Assembly: GCA_002269645.1 (NCBI GenBank)
Contig: NIVC01000166.1
Coordinates: forward strand, 310,001-374,000
Source: Macrostomum lignano
Lineage: Eukaryota
Direction: 5' to 3'
DNA: 64,000 nucleotides
The position numbers were made by a program, and so were the translations under genes. Below the pieces are notes generated by a model. It was given only the letters and a program-made list of their open reading frames with translations. It had not been told where the DNA came from and did no database searches. Of this stretch, positions 58,754 through 64,000 are shown one piece after another (the first letter of the stretch is position 1; each line of letters opens with the position of its first letter).

Positions 58754-59347
58754 TGTGTCTGTCTGTCTGTCTCTCTGTCTGTCTCTCTGTTAGTCCGTAT
58801 TTTCACCGATGTATCTTTCTATTAATGTATCTTAAGAATTAAAAAGCTGCCGTAATCTTTCAGATGGTGAACCCTTGCCTAGTTAAGCTTGCGGTTTTGG
58901 ACGACAATCTCGTGCTCAATGTGAGCTGAGTGTAAAAATCAACAATCTGTACACGTATGTGTAATATGTATGCGTATTCGTTAATGTGGAATATTTTTAA
59001 TACTATTTCAGGGCTTTTCCTACGTGTTGTCACTCTCACTAGCGCAGTATAATGAGTGAGTCTAATAGAGGACTTTTGTTTTATTTAGTTAAAAATGTCT
59101 GTTTTTTAAACGTAGTGTAACTTTGCTTTATAACAAATAAACTTGTTTTCCTGAAGACTCTACAGACGAAAAGTTCGTGAACCGAAAGGTCTCTTCTATT
59201 CGCTTTCAAATATGGTAAGTAGTTTATTTAGTAGTATAATTCGGTTTCAACAAACTTCCTAATGTGTGCTTGTAATTCATTGGCATTCTGATTCTTTCAG
59301 GTTGGTCACATTTTGGTTGGTGAAGAAAAACAACTGGAACGTATTGA
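56635..59347 (+). CDS. ARMH3: ARMH3/C10orf76 homolog, 5' part; exons 56635-56742, 56942-57361, 58147-58401, 58864-58920, 59012-59055, 59157-59214, 59301-59347; continues downstream
   Basis: MKEKVVQLYD, FWNEFFLLRANVRYL, NALQTLASLIRG, VNPCLVKLAVLDDNLVLN|G, LAQYNE, GLFYSLSNM|VG match ARMH3; GT-AG introns with consistent phases. Further exons not identified within the window. Confidence 0.9.
57366..57865. repeat. ~76-80-bp tandem repeat in ARMH3 intron 2
   Basis: Unit GCCGATATGTTGTGTAGACA...TGATCAATACTAATCAACATGCTA, beginning just after the 5' splice site. Confidence 0.9.
58406..58790. repeat. (TG)n/(TGTC)n microsatellite in ARMH3 intron 3
   Basis: Direct reading. Confidence 0.95.
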
Positions 59348-59408
59348 GTAAGTTTCTGTTTACTGAAGTTTTGCTACCCCATTCCCAATATACGAACTAT
59401 AAACTAAC

Positions 59409-60130
59409 TAGGACCAGCCTCAGCCCCACCACCCCATTCCCAATGTACACACCAACTCTAGGACCAGCCTCAGCCCCACCACCCCATTCCCAATGTACAC
59501 ACCAACTCTAGGACCAGCCTCAGCCCCACCACCCCATTCCCAATGTAGGACAAACCTCAGCCCACCACCCCATTCTCAATGTAGGACTAACCTTAGCCCC
59601 ACCACCCCATTCCCAATGTACACACCAACTCTAGGACCAGCCTCAGCCCCACCACCCATTCCCAATGTACACACCAACTCTAGGACCAGCCTCAGCCCCA
59701 CCACCCCATTCCCAATGTACACACCAACTCTAGGACCAGCCTCAGCCCCACCACCCCATTCCCAATGTAGGACAAACCTCAGCCCACCACCCCATTCTCA
59801 ATGTAGGACTAACCTTAGCCCCACCACCCCATTCCCAATGTACACACCAACTCTAGGACCAGCCTCAGCCCCACCACCCCATTCATTCCCAATGTACACA
59901 CCAACTCTAGGACCAGCCTCAGCCCCACCACCCCATTCCCAATGTACACACCAACTCTAGGACCAGCCTTAGCCCCACCACCCCATTCCCAATGTACGCA
60001 CAAACTCTAGGACCAGCCTCAGCCCCACCACCCCATTCCCAATGTACGCACAAACTCTAGGACCAGCCTCAGCCCCACCACCCCATTCCCAATGTACGCA
60101 CAAACTCTAGGACAAGCCTCAGCCCCACCA
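59409..60130. repeat. ~50-bp C-rich minisatellite
   Basis: Unit GGACCAGCCTCAGCCCCACCACCCCATTCCCAATGTACACACCAACTCTA. Confidence 0.95.
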
Positions 60131-60349
60131 ACTCAAACATTCAAATATTTAATTTTATATTTAAGCAGTTTAAACTTGGTCCAATATATCAATAATTCGC
60201 CTAGTGTATTTGCTTCCTTTTCTATTTCAAGCCCACTTCGATATTTGGATAGACAGTAAATATTTTTCTTTCTGTTTAAAAGCTGTTTAAGATTTTTATA
60301 GTTGATGTCTCACGATGATTTCAGCTGCATTTATATTTGTACTGGGGTA

Positions 60350-60560
60350 TCCTATATACTAAAAATGAGTTGTCTGTATGTGGGTATGTGGGTATGCGAT
60401 AGATTTCAGAAAAATTGGCTCAACCGATTTTCTTCAAACTTGCACCATTCGATCAGAAATTTTCCTGGGACGGTACATGCATCTTGGCTAAGAAATTGCT
60501 CAATGTTAAAGGGATTAAATATTCGAAAAACATGCTTTTTTGCAGAGGTCAAGCAGCTCT
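60350..60560 (+). mobile_element. Probable non-autonomous Helitron 5' end
   Basis: A|TCCTATATACTAAAAATGAGTTGTCTGTATGT...GGCTCAACCGATTTTCTTCAAACTTG resembles the pattern I recall for Helitron NAE 5' ends; 3' CTRR/hairpin not found. Confidence 0.5.
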
Positions 60561-60954
60561 TTCGACCTGAAATGCATTGTAAGAATGCTAGAGAAAAAAC
60601 TGACTGACTGAATTCCGATTGTGATAAAGATTGCATCACAACAAGTTGAAAACAGTGCCGAAGAAATGCACACACGACTTGATTAAAATTGCGTAACCAA
60701 TATTGCTAACTTGAACTGAGACTGATACTGGCTGACTGAGAAATTGATTATGTCATAACTTTTTACTCCAATTGACTTGCTGTAAGAATTGAATTATAAG
60801 GGCCACAATTCATGTTCTCCAATTGAAAAGAGATAGCCAAGATGCGAACAGACTGGACTGCTAATGTAGCGACCTGGGTTCGAATCTTAGTAGTGCAAAA
60901 AAGATTTTTTTTATTAAAACACCTAAAAAACACAAAACTACTAAACATAAAAGA

Positions 60955-63408
60955 AGCGCAATGTGAAACATAGAAGAGCCACCATGTCGAACATTAAAGA
61001 GCCCACATGTCAAACATAAAAGAGCCACCATGTCAAACCTAAACGAGCCACCATGTCTAATATTTAAGAGGCACCATGTAAAACATATAAGTGACTTTAT
61101 GTCAAACATAAAAGAGCCACCATTTCGAACATTAAACAGCCACCATTTCGAAAATTAAAGAGCCACCATGTCGAACATAAAAGAGCCACTATTTCGAACA
61201 TTAAAGAGCCACCATTTCGAACATTAAAGAGCCACCATGTCGACCATAAAAGAGCCACTATTTCGAACATCAAAGAGCCACTATGTCAAACATTTAGGAG
61301 CCACTTTTTCGAACACTAAAGAGCCACCATGTCAAACATAAAAGAGCCAACATGTCAAACATAAAAGAGCCAACATGTCAAACATAAAGAGCCACCATGT
61401 CAAACATTTAAGAGCCACCATGTCAAACATATATGTGACTTTGTGTCAAACATTAAAGAGCCACCATTTCGAACATTAAAGAGCCACTATTTCGAACATT
61501 AAAGAGCCACCATGTCAAACATGAAAGAGCTACCATTTCAAACATTAAAGAGCCACCATGTCAAACATTCAAAAGCCACATTGTCAAACATTAAAGAGCC
61601 ATTATGTCGTACATTAAAGAGCCACCATTTCGAACATTAAAGAGCCACCATGTCGAACATAAAAGAGCCACTATTTTGAACATTAAAAAGCCACCATTTC
61701 GAACATTAAAGAGCCACCATTTCGAACATAAAAGAGCCACCATGTCAATCATTAAAGAGCCACCATGTCAAACATAAAGAGCCACCATTTTGAATATTAA
61801 AGAGCCACTATGTCAAACATTTAGGAGCCACTTTGTCGAACATTAAAGAGCCACCATGTCAAACATAAAAGAGCCAACATGTCAGACATTAAAAAAGCCA
61901 CCGTACAGATATAAAAGAGTTACCATGTAGAACAAAAAAGAGCCACCATTTCGAACAAAAAAGAGCCACCATGTCAAACATAAAAGAGCCACCATGTCAA
62001 ACATAAAAGAGCCAACATGTCAAACATAAAGAGCCACCATATCAAAAATTTAGGAGCCACCATGTCAAACATATATGTGACTTTATGTCAAACATTAAAG
62101 AGCCACAATTTCGAACATAACAGAGCTACGATGTCAAACATTAAAGAGCCACCATGTCGAACTTTAAAGAGCCACCATGTCGAACATTAAAGAGCCACCA
62201 TGTCAAACATTAAAGAGCCACCATGTCGAAAATTAAAGAGCCACCATGTCTAACATTAAAAGTCACCATGTTAAACATTAAAGAGCCACCATATCAAGCA
62301 TAAAAGAGCCACCATGTCAAACCTAAAAGAGCCACCATGTCGAAAATTTAAGAGCCAAAATGTAGAATATAAAAGAGCCACCATGTCAACCATATAAGTG
62401 ACTTTATGTCAAATATTTAAGAGCCACCATGTTAAACCTAAAAGAGTCACCATGTTAAACCTAAAAGAGCCACCATGTTAAACCTAAAAGAGCCACCATG
62501 TCGAACACTTAAGAGCCACAATGTAAAATATTAAAGAGCCACCATTTCGAACATATAAGTGACTTTATGTCAAACATTAAAGAGCCACCATGTCGAACAT
62601 TAAAGAGCCACCATGTAAAACAAAAGAGCCACCATTTCGAACATTAAAGAGCCACCATGTCTAACATTAAAAGTTACCATGTTAAACATTAAAGAGCCAC
62701 CATATCAAGCATAAAAGAGCCACCATGTCAAACCTAAAAGAGCCACCATGTCGAAAATTTAAGAGCCAAAATGTAGAATATAAAAGAGCCACCATGTCAA
62801 CCATATAAGTGACTTTATGTCAAATATTTAAGAGCCACCATGTTAAACCTAAAAGAGCCACCATGTTAAACCTAAAAGAGTCACCATGTTAAACCTAAAA
62901 GAGCCACCATGTCGAACACTTAAGAGCCACAATGTAAAATATTAAAGAGCCACCATTTCGAACATATAAGTGACTTTATGTCAAACATTAAAGAGCCACC
63001 ATGTCAAACATAGAAATGCCACCAAGTAAAATATAAAAGAGCTACCATATCAAACATAAAATAGCCATCATGTCAAACATAAAAGAGTCATCATGTGAAA
63101 CATATACGTGACTCAATGTCAAACATTAAAGAGCCACCATGTCAAACATAAATGAGACACCATATGTCGAACATTAAAGAGCCACCATGTCAAACATTAA
63201 AGAGCCACCATGTCAAACATTAAAGAGCCACCATGTTAAACAATAAAGAGCCACCATGTCGAACATTAAAGAGCCACCATGTCAAACATTTAAGAGCCAC
63301 CATGTCAAACATAAAAGAGCCACCATGTCGAACATAAAAGAGCCACCATGTCGAACATAAAAGAGCCACCATGTCAAGCATAAAAGAGCCACCATGTCGA
63401 ACATAAAA
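60955..63408. repeat. 22/23-bp minisatellite (~100 units)
   Basis: Unit AAAGAGCCACCATGTCAAACATT with many variants. Confidence 0.95.
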
Positions 63409-63494
63409 TTTACACAATTTCAAACGTGAAAGTAAGCGAATTTTAAAGGAGCCACTATAATGCTAAGGAAATTGTCGCACTAGCTACTTATTGT

Positions 63495-63950
63495 CTGGTG
63501 GATGCTTGCTATTTGGGGATGCTTGCTATCTGAGGGATGCTTTCTATCTGGGGGATGCTTGCTATCTGGGGGATGCTTGCTATCTTGGGGATGCTTGCTA
63601 TCTGGGGGATGCTTGCTATCTGGGGGATGCTTGCTATCTGGGGGATGCTTGCTATCTGGGGGATGCTTGCTATCTGGGGGATGCTTGCTATCTTGGGGAT
63701 GCTTGCTATCTGAGGGATGCTTGCTATCTGGGGGATGCTTGCTATCTGGGGGATGCTTGCTATCTGAGGGATGCTTGCTATCTGAGGGATGCTTGCTATC
63801 TGGGGGATGCTTGCTATCTGGGGGATGGTTGCTATCTAGGGGATGCTTGCTATCTGGGGGATGCTTGCTATCTGGGGGATGCTTGCTATCCGGGGGTTGC
63901 TTGCAATCTGGAGGATGCTTGCTATCTGGGGAATGCTTGCTGTCTTGGGA
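63495..63950. repeat. 18-bp minisatellite
   Basis: Unit GGGGATGCTTGCTATCTG. Confidence 0.95.
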
Positions 63951-64000
63951 TGATTTCTTTTTGCATTTCACTTCCTTTGAGTATTTTGTCTGTTTTCTTT

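Noticed and set aside
60152-60260. Possible next ARMH3 exon (LNLVQYINNSPSVF... ending at GTAAAT)
   Set aside because: Phase-compatible but not convincingly similar to ARMH3; left unannotated.
9567-63950. Tandem arrays as CRISPR loci
   Set aside because: Units are head-to-tail with no unique spacers, there are no cas genes, and they lie in eukaryotic introns.
63480-63971. PPDSKH repeat ORF
   Set aside because: Translation of the 18-bp minisatellite; no independent support.
1-64000. Bacterial origin or horizontal transfer
   Set aside because: Spliceosomal introns and metazoan-type genes throughout.

Overview
Eukaryotic (animal) genomic DNA with AT-rich introns/intergenic DNA and GC-rich exons. 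Five intron-resolved host genes all lie on the + strand: ATG9 (4 exons, ~803 aa), a GH31 alpha-glucosidase of the GAA/MGAM/SI type (17 exons, ~950 aa, with an unusual hydrophobic C-terminal tail), a CTTNBP2 homolog (8 inferred exons, ~1252 aa, no visible ankyrin repeats, with an exonised 21-bp/7-aa repeat), an intronless PDCD10/CCM3, and the 5' part of ARMH3/C10orf76. Most long introns hold their own minisatellite, a style I associate with the flatworm Macrostomum lignano (inference, not verified). Mobile DNA includes a DD37D (maT) Tc1/mariner element interrupted by a MITE, two solo LTRs with 4-bp TSDs, several 8-bp-TSD MITEs, two tRNA-derived SINE families and a probable Helitron 5' end. Most notable: adjacent STRIPAK genes (CTTNBP2 then CCM3) in a possible trans-spliced operon with ARMH3, and a MITE whose ends could act as in-frame splice sites (introner-like). 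All gene models were assembled by hand from homology recognition plus GT/AG phase checks; no database searches were run.
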